64,000 bases of DNA from Deltaproteobacteria bacterium (GCA_024275015.1 JAJRZW010000016.1:76275-140274); one strand, 5' to 3'; shown: positions 48,525 through 59,652, counted from the first letter of the stretch. Numbers and translations are program-made. The notes: generated from the sequence alone by a model not told the origin.

Positions 48525-49688
48525 CTAAAAGATAACGGCATCCTGTTTCTGCTCCGACGCAAACGGGGCGACCTGGAAGCTGAAGGTGGTTCCCTCCTCG
48601 GAGGTAGAGACAAACGAAACCTTACCGCCAAGGAACTCCTCGCCGAAAAGCTTCATTGAATAGGTACCGACCCCGCGACCGGCGCCGCCCTTGGTGGAAA
48701 AATGACGCTGAAAAATCCGCAGCTTCACATCAGGCGCAATCGCCCCCCGATTCCAGACCTTGAAGACCAGAGCGTCATCACCCCCGGTAACCGACAGGAC
48801 AACGGCGTCTCCGTCGGCTGAGGCCTCAAAGGCGTTTACCAGCATATTACAGATAACCCGGGTCAGGAGAGAGACATCAGTGGTAAACACCGTGTCATTG
48901 TCCTTGCCCCGGGTCTCAAGTTCCTTACCCCGGGCCGCAGGGTGGCCAAGGATACCCTGTTCAAGCTCAACCAGAAACGCACCGGCCCTGACCTTATGCC
49001 AATCACACTGATAGCTGCTCCAACCATCACGCACCAATCGCCGCTGAACGTTTATCTCGTTTACCAGCCTATCCATTGAACGCTGGGCCATGTCAAGAAT
49101 ATGGGTATCACCATTATCCTGGGACAGGGCCAGTAGTTCAATGGCACCGTGAAGAGACATAATCGTATTGTTGATGTCATGAAAGAAAGAACGCTCCAGG
49201 GCCGCCATCCGTTCAGTTCCGGTAATATCCTGCATGAAGATCAGGATAAAACGCCTGGAGTTGACGTCGATCGGGGTGGTTCTGACCCAAAAGCACAGCT
49301 CTTCGCTGATGCCGTCACGGCACACAACCAGGGAGCATTTACGGCTGGCTGGAACATTCTCCGAAAGGCTTGCGACAATGGCAATGGCGGCACCGCAGGT
49401 AGAGCAATAACGACTGGTGCCGCATCCCCCGGGTTCTTCGTGGGAGTGGACGCAATGCAGAGCCTCACCCGGACGCAGACCCAACACCTCGTCGGCCTCC
49501 TCCACTCCGAGATCATTCAACAGGTTATGATTAACCGCCACTATCTGCCGGTGGGAATCAACAACCATAATCAGAGCGCCGCTTAATCGCAGAATACCTT
49601 CCACCGCCGGATCGTGACTGATAATCTCGACCTCCTGGCCTAACTGCTCCGAGTCAACCCGCTCGGCCGGGGCAAAATAGGTTTTCAA
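48525..49688 (-). CDS. cytoplasmic histidine kinase with Cys-rich PAS-like sensor
   Basis: HC.H...GGCG...CSTC; HDINN; NMLVNAFEA; GRGVGTY; TTG start after GGAGG. Confidence 0.88.
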   Translation of the reverse strand: MKTYFAPAERVDSEQLGQEVEIISHDPAVEGILRLSGALIMVVDSHRQIVAVNHNLLNDLGVEEADEVLGLRPGEALHCVHSHEEPGGCGTSRYCSTCGAAIAIVASLSENVPASRKCSLVVCRDGISEELCFWVRTTPIDVNSRRFILIFMQDITGTERMAALERSFFHDINNTIMSLHGAIELLALSQDNGDTHILDMAQRSMDRLVNEINVQRRLVRDGWSSYQCDWHKVRAGAFLVELEQGILGHPAARGKELETRGKDNDTVFTTDVSLLTRVICNMLVNAFEASADGDAVVLSVTGGDDALVFKVWNRGAIAPDVKLRIFQRHFSTKGGAGRGVGTYSMKLFGEEFLGGKVSFVSTSEEGTTFSFQVAPFASEQKQDAVIF

Positions 49689-49989
49689 CGCCTCCCTCCG
49701 AATAAAGACCAAGCAACAACAGACCAATTACCGCCCTCCCCCGACAACGGCAGATGGTAAACAGCAGTAATTCCAAACCCCGGCGGCAGCCGGATAAAAG
49801 CCGGAGCAAAAAATCATAATCATAAAGTTTACCGTAATCCCTATTTATATATTTTAAGGATAACGCCAAGGGGAGACACAGGGAAAGAAAAAACAGATCT
49901 GTTTCCGGGCATGACCTTCTTTTATCCCCAAAGGAGCGACAAACGGTCAGAGCCACCCCGTCGCTCAACCGTAAATTCCAAAACAATGG

Positions 49990-50233
49990 AGATCGAACTT
50001 TTCACGACGCCATCACCTGCTGGCCTCGCAATAAATTACGTGAACCCGCTTCCATTCAAGACAGTTGTTACGACTTCATCACTTATCAGCCCGTTAAAAA
50101 ACGGACTGGTCGCGGCTGATGTCCGCGCCGCCGATTTTGCCGGGTTGAAAAAACCGGTGAAATCGAGAGTTGGACGAAACTTGTTTTATCCAACCGGCGG
50201 TTGAAAAGCCAGGACGGCTTTTTCAACACACTG
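49990..50233. mobile_element. MITE mosaic: E end, B subtype 2 (50019-50080), A long (50087-50233)
   Basis: A flanked by TTAT direct repeats. Confidence 0.85.
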
Positions 50234-50343
50234 TTATACATGATACAGATTTAGCCAAACGAAGATTCAATATATTGCAGAATATTTCAGACGGGAGAAA
50301 AGGAGTAGAGATACGGGCAGGGCGTGGTTGATCTTTAAAACGT

Positions 50344-50524
50344 GATGGCCTCGCAACAAGTCCCCGCGGAGGCGTCTTCGGCGATTTCCGGAAAAAACGC
50401 CGGACGACGGGGTGGTCAGGAAATCCCGCATGCTTGAAGGCATAGCCCGAGTTCGGGATTCCGGCAGCCCGGCACCCGGAAATCGCCGCTGTCTCCCCGG
50501 AGCGGGACTTGTTGCGACTTCATC
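50344..50524. mobile_element. MITE B, full-length empty-site allele
   Basis: GATGGCCTCGCAACAAG...CTTGTTGCGACTTCATC; colinear with 19126-19461 minus the A insert. Confidence 0.9.
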
Positions 50525-50541
50525 GAAAATAAATAAAGAAA

Positions 50542-50616
50542 TGGTGACCCCTACGGGACTCGAACCCGTGTTACCGGCGTGAGAGGCCGACGTCCTAACC
50601 ACTAGACGAAGGGGCC
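50542..50616 (-). tRNA. tRNA-Glu(CTC)
   Basis: GGCCCCTTCGTCTAGTGGTTAGGAC...CTCTCAC...GGTTCGAGTCC...ACCA. Confidence 0.97.
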
Positions 50617-50649
50617 ATTGATTTACTCTTCAATTTTGTCAAGGTGGAT

Positions 50650-50678
50650 TTAATAAATTATCTCCCCGTCTTTGTCAA
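50650..50678 (-). promoter_or_regulatory. sigma70 promoter of tRNA-Glu
   Basis: TTGACA-17-TATTAA on the minus strand. Confidence 0.55.
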
Positions 50679-50694
50679 ATGTTTTCGGATTTCC

Positions 50695-51261
50695 TCACCT
50701 GAGACATTCACGGCCAAAGGCACGGGCTTTTTCAAGCTCGCCGGCCGCTTCCGCCATTTCTCCACGGCGGTCGATGCCCCGGACCAGGAGTTCACCGCCA
50801 TAGCTTAACCCCATGGCATCAAAGGCGTATTTCATCGTGAGGACCGCGCCCTCGAACACCCGCCTTCCCCGGGTGGCAGCGACCGAGACCAGATATCCCC
50901 TGCGTTCCCGATTATGCCAGACGGCACCTTTCGCCTCCGGCAACCGCTGACGGTTCCACAGGGCCTGGGTGCGATCTATAAAGAGCTTACCCTTGGCGGT
51001 GATATTGTAAAAGTAGATGGGCGAGGCGAAAATAACCCGGTCGGCGGCAAGAATCATGTCGTATAGCGGTTCCATGTCATCATCAAAAACACAAATCCCA
51101 TCCTTTTCGCAGCCGCCGCAATTGATACAGGGACCAATATTCAGGGCAGTAAGGTTGACGAGATCAATATCCCCCCCGGCCAGGCCGGAAAGAACGGCAT
51201 TCAGCAGGACCTCGCTGTTACCTCCTGGCCGCGGACTTGCCTGCAGGGCAAGAACCTTCAT
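50695..51261 (-). CDS. iron-sulfur flavoprotein / flavodoxin family
   Basis: SPRPGGNS, CINCGGC..C, ASPIYF. Confidence 0.9.
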   Translation of the reverse strand: MKVLALQASPRPGGNSEVLLNAVLSGLAGGDIDLVNLTALNIGPCINCGGCEKDGICVFDDDMEPLYDMILAADRVIFASPIYFYNITAKGKLFIDRTQALWNRQRLPEAKGAVWHNRERRGYLVSVAATRGRRVFEGAVLTMKYAFDAMGLSYGGELLVRGIDRRGEMAEAAGELEKARAFGRECLR

Positions 51262-51298
51262 CTTCTATCTCCTTCATAACGATAAATACCGAAGTCTC

Positions 51299-52899
51299 TC
51301 AGCCGCGATTGTAAAATTCAACCATTTCCCGGATCCATCCGGATAATTCAGGGGTGAGATTACCTTCGGCAAGACGCCAGCACCAATTGCCGTTTGCGGT
51401 GCCGGGGACGTTCATCCGACAGTCGGCACCGTATCCCAGAAAATCCTGCATCGGAACCATGGCCAGGGCCGCAACCGAAGCCATGGCCAGACGAACCATA
51501 TCTTCATGTACCCTTGCCGCGTCACTATGACAATAACGACGCAACCGCGTCCGGCTTTCCTCACCGCAACGACCACTCATGAACCAGCCGAGGGTAGTGT
51601 CATTATCGTGGGTACCGGTATAGACAACGCAATTTGTGTCAGGATAATTATGAGGAAGATAGGCGTTGGCACTGCCGGAGTCAAAGGCAAACTGCAGGAC
51701 CTTCATCCCCGGCAGCCCGAGATCGTCCAGCAACTCATGGACATCGGCGCCGATCATCCCCAGGTCCTCGGCGATCAAGGCCAGCGGCCCCAGTCGTTCC
51801 GCCATTGCCGTAAAAAAAGCCCTACCCGGCCCCGGAACCCACTCTCCCGCAATCGCGGAATCGGCCCCGGCCGGGATCTGCCAGCAGGAGGCAAAAGCGC
51901 GAAAATGATCAATCCGGCAGAAATCCACCATCCTGAACATTGCCGCAAAACGCCTCTCCCACCAATCGAGAAGGCCTGGGTTAAGACTGTTGCCGTCAAA
52001 CCAACGGTACAGGGGGTTACCCCACAACTGTCCGGTATCACTGAAATAATCTGGAGGAACCCCGGCGACCACCGTCGGAGCACCGCCAGCATCGAGACGG
52101 AAGCATTCCTGGTTGGCCCAGACATCGGCGCTGTCAAGAGCGACATAGATCGGCATATCACCGACCATAGCAACCCCCTTTGCCGCGGCATGACGGCGAA
52201 GAACCCGCCATTGCCGGAAAAAAACAAACTGACAGAAGGCATGAAAACCAACCTCGGACGCAAGTTCATCCCCGGCAGCAACCAGGGATTCCCTCCTCCT
52301 ATCGACAAGATCACCCGCCCACTTAAACCACGGCCGCCCCTTGAATTTTTCTTTCAAGGCAATAAAGAGGCAATAATCATCAAGCCATCCCGCCTCACGG
52401 TCACGAAAAGCATCAAACGCCGGGTCCCCGCCCCGATCGACAAAGGCGGCATAGGCCCGGCGCAGAACGGTATCGTTCCATGCAACAAGCGGTTTGTAAT
52501 CGACAAGGTAAGGAGAGAACTCCGGCGCCGCGGCAATAACCCCGGGGGGGAGAAGACCATCGGTGACAAGGCCTTCGGGATCAATAAACAGAGGATTGGC
52601 GGCCATGGCCGAGGATGACATATAGGGAGAAAAACCGTGGCACCCGGCCACCGGCGAAAGGGGGAGAAACTGCCATACCCCGAGGGACGACTCGGCTAAA
52701 AAATCAACGAATCGGGCCGCCGCGGCCCCGAGGCGGCCAATACCAAAGCCGGACGGCAGGGAAGAAATATGGAGAAGGACCCCGGCCCTGCGAAACCCCG
52801 GCAGAAAAACCGAATTACCCCCAGACCCCGCTTTTACTGCTGAAACGATATTTTTTTTGATTTTTATTTTTTTACCCTCTCAGCTGACCAAGAAATCAT
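51299..52899 (-). CDS. malQ: 4-alpha-glucanotransferase with disrupted or non-canonical start
   Basis: GVPPDYFS..GQLWGNP, RIDHF, AEDLG, THDNDT; conserved RRAGVLLHISSLP lies upstream of the ORF-track start. Confidence 0.9.
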
Positions 52900-52937
52900 G
52901 ATAAAATATTCCTTAAAAAGACCGGTGGTTCAATAAA

Positions 52938-53225
52938 GATGAAGTCGTAACAAGTCCCAGATCCGGGGAGAAAACGACGATTTCCGGACACCGGGGGGGG
53001 CGAACTGCTGAAATCCCGAACTCGGGCCATGCCCTCAAACATGCGGGATTTCTTAACAGACTGCTGAAAAAGCCGTCCCGGCTTTTTCAACCCAATAAAA
53101 TCGGCGATGCGTCCATGCACCACGACCAGTCCGTTTTTCAACGGACTGGGAACCCATCCCGCCGCCAGGCGTTTTTTTCGAAAATCGCCGAAGACGCCTC
53201 TGCGGGTAATTGTTACGGGACCATC
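52938..53225. mobile_element. MITE B carrying nested short MITE A (53057-53148)
   Basis: B flanked by AATAAA direct repeats; A at the same internal site as in 19126-19461. Confidence 0.9.
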
Positions 53226-53354
53226 AATAAAGACCAACAGACCTGGATACAAACCGTAAAGTGCCTGCGCCGGCGCATACGCCCTTTATTCTATCACACC
53301 AACCGCCAGGGAACAGCAACAGAAGCCATGCAATCCTTGACCTGTTTTTTCATC

Positions 53355-53383
53355 TTGCCTTGCATTGCTTTTAATGGTATCAT
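53355..53383 (+). promoter_or_regulatory. sigma70 promoter of the sigma factor gene
   Basis: TTGCCT-17-TATCAT with extended TG. Confidence 0.6.
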
Positions 53384-53444
53384 TCTATGATTTGCTTTTA
53401 TCCTCACTCTGTTTCTTTCACATCTTTAAAGGAGTTGGAATATC

Positions 53445-54740
53445 GTGTCCGTTGAAACGATAAAAGAAAAGCTGCTTGAGCAGGCCAAAAACAATGGCGG
53501 TGTCACTCTTGCCACCCTCAATGACCTAATCCCTGATGACAAAAATCCTGATTTCATCGACGATATATTTGAATTCCTCAACCGTAACAACATAGAAGTC
53601 GTCAACAACAAAAATAAAAAAAAGGCGACCGACAAGAAAGACGAAGACGACTCTTTCACCGCGCTGACCATGCGCAAGGACGATACCCCGGATATCGAGG
53701 AAACCACCACCACCTATCTCCGCGAAATGGGGCAGTTCGAACTTCTGACCCCGGCAGAGGAAGAAAAATACTCCAAGGCGATCCGCCAGGGATTCAATGC
53801 CATCATTTCCGGAATCAGACTTGAGACCTCCGGGGTCAGTGAATTGGTCGAGATGCGGGAACGCCTTGACCTCTGGGAAAGAAGGGACCCCACCCTCAAA
53901 CCGAAAAAACAGCACCTGAATTACATGACCCGGGTGATCGAAATAAGTTTTCAACACCACCCCGACCTTGACAATATCCGCGAATTACGCTTCAAGGTCA
54001 AAATGTACACCCGGGCCATCGAGACCGCCAAAGACGCGATGATAAAGGCCAACCTGCGATTGGTGGTCAGTATAGCCAAACGCTACATGCATCAGGGCCT
54101 GACCCTTGCCGACCTGATTCAGGAAGGCAACCTCGGCCTGATGCGGGCGGTGTTCCGCTTCGACTATACCAAAGGCAATAAATTCTCCACCTACGCCAGC
54201 TGGTGGATCCGCCAGGCGATCACCCGGGCCATACTCGACAAAACCCGGACCATCAGACTTCCGGTACACTTCCTTGAGCTTCGGAGCCAGTTCTTCAAGG
54301 CCTTTTACTCTCTGCTGAAGGAACTGGGCCGTGAGCCGACCCCGGTTGAGATCTCCGAGCAGACCGGTCTGTCCATGGACAAGATCCTGGCGATCCTTGA
54401 GGCATCAAGGGAACCGATCTCCCTTGAAACCCCGGTGGGCGACGACGAGAGCACCCTGGGTGATTTTCTTGAAAACCAGGAGGCGATCTCCCCTTACGAG
54501 GCGGTTAAAAATCAGGAACTGGCCGACCGGGTAACCGGCATCCTCGCCACCCTGAGCCCGAGGGAAGAAAAAATAATCCGTCTGCGCTTCGGCATCGGAG
54601 AAAACGCCGAGTACACCCTGGAAGAAATCGGTCGTCGTTTCAACGTCTCCCGTGAACGTATCCGCCAGATTGAAAAAAAGGCCCTGAACCGTTTACGCCA
54701 TTCCAGCCGCCGGGAAAAACTCAAGCATTTCCTTGACTGA
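53445..54740 (+). CDS. RpoD/RpoS-family sigma70 factor
   Basis: Regions 1.2 (YLREMG), 2 (ANLRLVVSIAKRY, DLIQEGNLGL, FSTYASWWIRQ), 3 and 4 (SRERIRQIE). Confidence 0.93.
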   Translation: MSVETIKEKLLEQAKNNGGVTLATLNDLIPDDKNPDFIDDIFEFLNRNNIEVVNNKNKKKATDKKDEDDSFTALTMRKDDTPDIEETTTTYLREMGQFELLTPAEEEKYSKAIRQGFNAIISGIRLETSGVSELVEMRERLDLWERRDPTLKPKKQHLNYMTRVIEISFQHHPDLDNIRELRFKVKMYTRAIETAKDAMIKANLRLVVSIAKRYMHQGLTLADLIQEGNLGLMRAVFRFDYTKGNKFSTYASWWIRQAITRAILDKTRTIRLPVHFLELRSQFFKAFYSLLKELGREPTPVEISEQTGLSMDKILAILEASREPISLETPVGDDESTLGDFLENQEAISPYEAVKNQELADRVTGILATLSPREEKIIRLRFGIGENAEYTLEEIGRRFNVSRERIRQIEKKALNRLRHSSRREKLKHFLD

Positions 54741-57165
54741 AAACCCCGTCAGCCCCAGCCGATTCCTCTTATTACAACTGCCTATCGCGGCCGGGGCCGG
54801 GGCCTTTTTTACCATCCGTTTCGGCCTCAATATCCCCCTGTGGTTATTGCCTGCCGTTTTCCTCCCGGCAGCGATCCTCGGCCTGTTTGAGCGCAGCCGG
54901 TCTCTGGCCCTGCTCCTTGTCCCCCTTTGTTCTTTCATCACCGCGGCCCAGCGGGCAACCCATCTGTCGCCCCCATCCGACTCCACCAACATCGCCAATC
55001 GGATAAAAATCACAACCGAGGCCGGGATAACCGGCATCGTGCGGGAAATGGTCGTCCACGACCGCGAAAGGGCGGTGGTGGTTATCGACTGCGAGAGGAT
55101 TATCCTCAAAAAAGGCCGCGACGAGGCCTGCCGGGGGCGACTCCGACTGACCCTCTGGGGAAAAATATCCGAGGACATAACCCCCGGCGACCGAATCATG
55201 GCCCGGGCGAGACTGCGACCGGCAGACACCATCATGACCCCGGGGGTGGTGGATTTCCGGACCCGCCTTGCCGCCCGGGGAATCTGGACCACCGGCACTG
55301 TCCGCAAAGGCCTGCTGATCAAACTATCCGATCCCGGCCATAGCCGCTCCCCGGTCATCATGATCACCCGCGCCCGACAGAAACTTGCCGCAACGATAAA
55401 CGCCGCCGTCTCCGACCAGACCACAGCGGCCATATACCGGGCCCTGCTAATCGGCGACAACAGCGGCATAAGCCCGAAGACAAGAAAAACATTCACCCAT
55501 ACCGGCACCATCCATCTCCTGGCCATATCCGGAATGCATATCGGCATCATCTTCCTCGGCCTGACCCTGTTATTACGGGGTCTCATGCTTTCCCGCCCGG
55601 TCATGCTTCTACGCTTTGACTCCTGGAAGATCGCGGCCCTTGGCGCCATGCCGATCGTCTTTATCTATGCCCTCCTTGCCGGACTCAAGCCCCCGGTCTT
55701 CCGGGCCGCGATAATGATTGCCGTCCTTATATACGCCCTGAGTTCCGACCGACGCCACCATATTCTCGCCGCCATTGGTCTGGCGGCGACCGTTATTATT
55801 CTCACCTTCCCGGCCAGTATCATGTCGGCATCGTTCCAATTGTCGTTCGCGGCGGTCACCGCGATCATCATCAGCTGGCAACGACTATCGCCATGGCTTG
55901 AACGGCTTGCACCCGTAAACCGCGTGAGCCGATTCATCATCAGCGCCGCCCTGGCCGGAATCGCGGCCCAGGCCGGGACCCTGCCCTTCTCCCTCTACCA
56001 CTTCAACATGATTTCCCCTCTGGGGGTACCGGTAACCATTGCCCTTATTCCGCTCCTGTGCTTATGGGCTCTGCCCCTGGGGCTTACAGCCCTCGCCCTT
56101 GGCCCCATTCTCCCGACCACGGCCGCGACTATTTTGAAAACCGGATCCCTGGGGATCAAAATCGCGACCACAATCACCACCGCTCTGGCCGCCAATCCCA
56201 ACGCCGTCCTCTTTGCCCCGACCCCGCCACTGTTTCTGATCGCCGCCTATATCGCCGCCTTTATCCTCATATTTGCCTACCTGAAGAAACCGGCGCCGTT
56301 CCTGATCGCCATGATTCTGCTGCCGTTTATCTTTATCGCGGTCAACAGCCTGACCCCGGTACTGACAAGAGATATAAACCCTGACCCCAGGACCGTCTTC
56401 CTTGATATCGGTCCCGGCAGTGCCACAATTATCTTTACCCCGGGAGGCAAAACCTGGATTGTGGACGGAGGCGGAATGAAATCAAAAAAATTTGATCCCG
56501 GGGCCATGATCATCGCCCCATTTCTCTTCCGCCAGGGGATCAGCCGCCTTGACGGGGTGGTGATCACTCACCCCCATGCCGATCACTATAACGGCCTGGG
56601 CACGGTCATGGCCATCTTCAAACCGCAGAGCCTGTGGATAAACGGCCGCCGGGGAGATCAGAACTACCGGAGACTGATCGCCCGGGCTGAAAAAAACGGG
56701 GTCAGGATAAAGAAAGCCCATGCCGGGGAAATAATATTCCGGGAAAAAGATGCCCGACTTGAATGCCTCAAGGATGGTGACAGCGGCAGGGACACCAACA
56801 GCGCGAGCCTGGTATTACTCTACCGCAGGGACGGCAGAAACATGCTGCTGCCGGGAGATATCCCCCCGCCGATACAGGCGCGGCTGGCGAACAATAATAT
56901 CCTGCCTCGATGCGACATAATCCTTGCACCCCACCACGGCAGTCCGGCCTATTTTAACGCCGCATTTTTCACCGCCACGGCAGCAAAAACAGTAGTGATA
57001 TCAAAGGGATCAAACAATACAATTGCCCCCGGCTGGTATACCGGGGGATGGAAAAAAGGGGGGAACCTCTGGATAACCTCCGACCATGGTACCGTTGAGA
57101 CGAGGATGTCCGCGGCCGGAATCAGGGTCAGGCTGCCGTATGGAAACAGGTTCAGACCTCGGTGA
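54733..57165 (+). CDS. comEC: DNA uptake channel ComEC/Rec2
   Basis: HLLAISGMH, SFQLSF, MBL domain THPHADH, PHHGS. Confidence 0.93.
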   Translation: MTENPVSPSRFLLLQLPIAAGAGAFFTIRFGLNIPLWLLPAVFLPAAILGLFERSRSLALLLVPLCSFITAAQRATHLSPPSDSTNIANRIKITTEAGITGIVREMVVHDRERAVVVIDCERIILKKGRDEACRGRLRLTLWGKISEDITPGDRIMARARLRPADTIMTPGVVDFRTRLAARGIWTTGTVRKGLLIKLSDPGHSRSPVIMITRARQKLAATINAAVSDQTTAAIYRALLIGDNSGISPKTRKTFTHTGTIHLLAISGMHIGIIFLGLTLLLRGLMLSRPVMLLRFDSWKIAALGAMPIVFIYALLAGLKPPVFRAAIMIAVLIYALSSDRRHHILAAIGLAATVIILTFPASIMSASFQLSFAAVTAIIISWQRLSPWLERLAPVNRVSRFIISAALAGIAAQAGTLPFSLYHFNMISPLGVPVTIALIPLLCLWALPLGLTALALGPILPTTAATILKTGSLGIKIATTITTALAANPNAVLFAPTPPLFLIAAYIAAFILIFAYLKKPAPFLIAMILLPFIFIAVNSLTPVLTRDINPDPRTVFLDIGPGSATIIFTPGGKTWIVDGGGMKSKKFDPGAMIIAPFLFRQGISRLDGVVITHPHADHYNGLGTVMAIFKPQSLWINGRRGDQNYRRLIARAEKNGVRIKKAHAGEIIFREKDARLECLKDGDSGRDTNSASLVLLYRRDGRNMLLPGDIPPPIQARLANNNILPRCDIILAPHHGSPAYFNAAFFTATAAKTVVISKGSNNTIAPGWYTGGWKKGGNLWITSDHGTVETRMSAAGIRVRLPYGNRFRPR

Positions 57166-58234
57166 AATCGGCCGGGGGCCTACGCAGGAAAGAGACGAAT
57201 TTACTCTTGTCAATGGCGTTGGTATAGGCGTCCTCAGGGGTAATCCAGCGTTTATGCAACATCTCCATGATCGCGTCGTCCATGGTCTGCATCCCGTACT
57301 TCTTACCGGTCTGCATAACCGAAGAGAGCTGGTAACTCTTGCCTTCACGGACAAGATTCCGTACCGCCGGAGTACAGATAAGGATCTCAAGAGCCGGGGC
57401 CCGCCCCTTGATATCAACCCTTTTCATCAGAGTCTGGGAAATCACCGCCCGCAGTGAATCAGCCAGGGTCGAACGGACCTGAGACTGCTGATTGGCGGGG
57501 AATATCTCAATGATCCGGTCCACGGTTTTGGAGGCATTGAGAGTATGCAGGGTGGCAAAAACCAGATGGCCGGTCATCGCCGCCTCCATGGCCAGGGACA
57601 CGGTTTCGAGATCACGCATCTCGCCGACGAGGATAATATCCGGATCCTCACGAAGGGCGCCACGAAGAGCGGCTGAAAAACTCTTGGTATGGGTGCCGAC
57701 CTCACGGTGATTGATAACGCAATTCTTGCTCTGATGCACGAACTCGATGGGATCTTCAATGGTAATGATATGATCCTTGCGAATCTTATTGGCCTCGTCA
57801 ATAATCGCCGCCAGGGTAGTCGACTTACCGCTGCCGGTGGGGCCGGTGACCAGCACCAGTCCCTTGGGGAGGCTCGCGAGTTTGGAAATAACCTTGGGCA
57901 GGCCGAGATCGTGACAACTCATGATCACGCTGGGAATCTCGCGGAAGACTGAGCCGACCCCGTATTTCTGCTGAAAAAGATTGCCGCGGTAACGGGCCAG
58001 GCCCGGGATCTCATAACCGAAATCAACATCGCCGGTCTCTTCAAAACTCTTGATCTTGTCCTCGGAAATGATCTCATAGAGCATTTTTTTGAGATCACTG
58101 TTTTCCATGACATTAAACTTGACCCGTTCCATATCACCATGGATACGGAGCAGGGGCTGCTGGCCGGCGACCATATGGAGGTCGCTCGCCCCCTGTTCAT
58201 TCATTAGTTTAAAGAAGGCGTCTATCTGGGCCAT
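57152..58234 (-). CDS. pilT: type IV pilus retraction ATPase
   Basis: ASDLH, GPTGSGKSTT, EDPIE, ALREDPD, AIRNLIRE-like AVRNLVRE. Confidence 0.95.
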   Translation of the reverse strand: MAQIDAFFKLMNEQGASDLHMVAGQQPLLRIHGDMERVKFNVMENSDLKKMLYEIISEDKIKSFEETGDVDFGYEIPGLARYRGNLFQQKYGVGSVFREIPSVIMSCHDLGLPKVISKLASLPKGLVLVTGPTGSGKSTTLAAIIDEANKIRKDHIITIEDPIEFVHQSKNCVINHREVGTHTKSFSAALRGALREDPDIILVGEMRDLETVSLAMEAAMTGHLVFATLHTLNASKTVDRIIEIFPANQQSQVRSTLADSLRAVISQTLMKRVDIKGRAPALEILICTPAVRNLVREGKSYQLSSVMQTGKKYGMQTMDDAIMEMLHKRWITPEDAYTNAIDKSKFVSFLRRPPADFTEV

Positions 58235-58281
58235 TATTCCCCTCCCAAGGAATTTTTATTCAAAGCGCAAACACCCCATAA

Positions 58282-58431
58282 CAGTCCGTCGAAAAACAGA
58301 CTGGTCGCGGTGCATGGACGCACCGCCGATTTTATTGGGTTTTAAAAATCCAATAAAATCGAGAAGTTGGCCGGAACTTGTTTTGGCCAACCGGGTGTTG
58401 AAAAAGCCAGGACGGCTTTTTCAACACTCTG
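58282..58431. mobile_element. MITE family A, long copy
   Basis: TIRs; ATAA/ATGA flanks; B subtype 2 end follows at 58451. Confidence 0.9.
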
Positions 58432-58761
58432 ATGAGTGTATATCAAACTTGTTGGCCTCGCAATAAATCAAAACCTGCGGTTAGATCCGCTTCCCTGACT
58501 CGAACGGGAGCGAAATCTCTGGCCCCTGTGATGATTCTTAGCGGGATATTCAAATTCATGTCAAAGAAAAACATCAATAATTTACCTCAGGATTGTGGTA
58601 TGGTATGCCATGGCTCGGATTTCCTTGTTGTTATGCGTTTTTTCACAAAAGCATATAACGCAGGAAGCTCTCCGGGCCTTTATTTATATGATTTTACTTA
58701 CAATTTTTTGAGACAGCAGTGACTGGCAATAGAGCCGACGAACGAGTTTTGTGGCGACATA

Positions 58762-59652
58762 ATGAACGAAAAAAAAACCAAAAGCGGAGTTATCGCCCTG
58801 GCAGGGCCGCCCAATGTCGGTAAATCTACTCTGTTGAACGGGCTTCTGGGCCAGAAGATCTCCATCGTCAGCCCCAAGCCCCAGACCACCAGAAACCGAA
58901 TCGCCGGAATCGTCAGCGGCGAGGATTACCAGATGGTGATCCTCGATACCCCGGGCATCCACGAGGCCCGCTCGCCGCTCAATCTCGAAATGGTCAGAAT
59001 CGCCTGCGACAGCTTGGCCGAGGTTGACCTGATTCTGTTCATTACCGACGTCACCCTGGCGCGGGAGCCGGAAAGACAGGAAAAGAGTGCCGGGGTCTTA
59101 AGAGAACAGAAAAAACCGGCCCTGCTGTTGATCAACAAAATCGACCTTATCGACCGGAAAAAAATCCTGCCGATGATCAATAAACTCAGGGGCATTCACC
59201 CCTTTACCTCGATTATCCCGATCTCGGCAAAAAAAGGCGACGGCCTGGAACTGCTGACCCGGGAAGTGGTCAAACGCCTACCCGAAGGGCCGATGCTATA
59301 CCCCACCGACATCCCCACCGACGCCAGCGAACGGTTCATCGTCGGCGAGATCATCCGGGAAAAGGTCTTCCTCCGCACCAGTCAGGAAATTCCATACTCG
59401 ACCGCGGTAGTAATTGATGACTTCAACGATGGTAAAAACAAGGTGACCATCCACGCGACCATAGTCATCGAAAAGCGGGCGCAGAAGGCAATCGTCATCG
59501 GCAAGGGTGGGAAATGCCTGAAGGATATCGGCATTGGCGCGAGAAAGGATATTGAGGCCCTTCTGGGGAAAAGGGTTAATCTGAAACTATGGGTCAAGGT
59601 AAAAAAAGGCTGGAGCCGTGACCAGAGATTCATGCGGGAATTGGGTTTTTAG
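58762..59652 (+). CDS. era: GTPase Era
   Basis: GPPNVGKS, KPQTTR, DTPG, NKID, KH domain VIGKGG. Confidence 0.97.
   Translation: MNEKKTKSGVIALAGPPNVGKSTLLNGLLGQKISIVSPKPQTTRNRIAGIVSGEDYQMVILDTPGIHEARSPLNLEMVRIACDSLAEVDLILFITDVTLAREPERQEKSAGVLREQKKPALLLINKIDLIDRKKILPMINKLRGIHPFTSIIPISAKKGDGLELLTREVVKRLPEGPMLYPTDIPTDASERFIVGEIIREKVFLRTSQEIPYSTAVVIDDFNDGKNKVTIHATIVIEKRAQKAIVIGKGGKCLKDIGIGARKDIEALLGKRVNLKLWVKVKKGWSRDQRFMRELGF

Noticed and set aside
50344-50616. tRNA-Glu as a genomic island attachment site
   Set aside because: No integrase or duplicated tRNA 3' end seen; only MITEs adjacent
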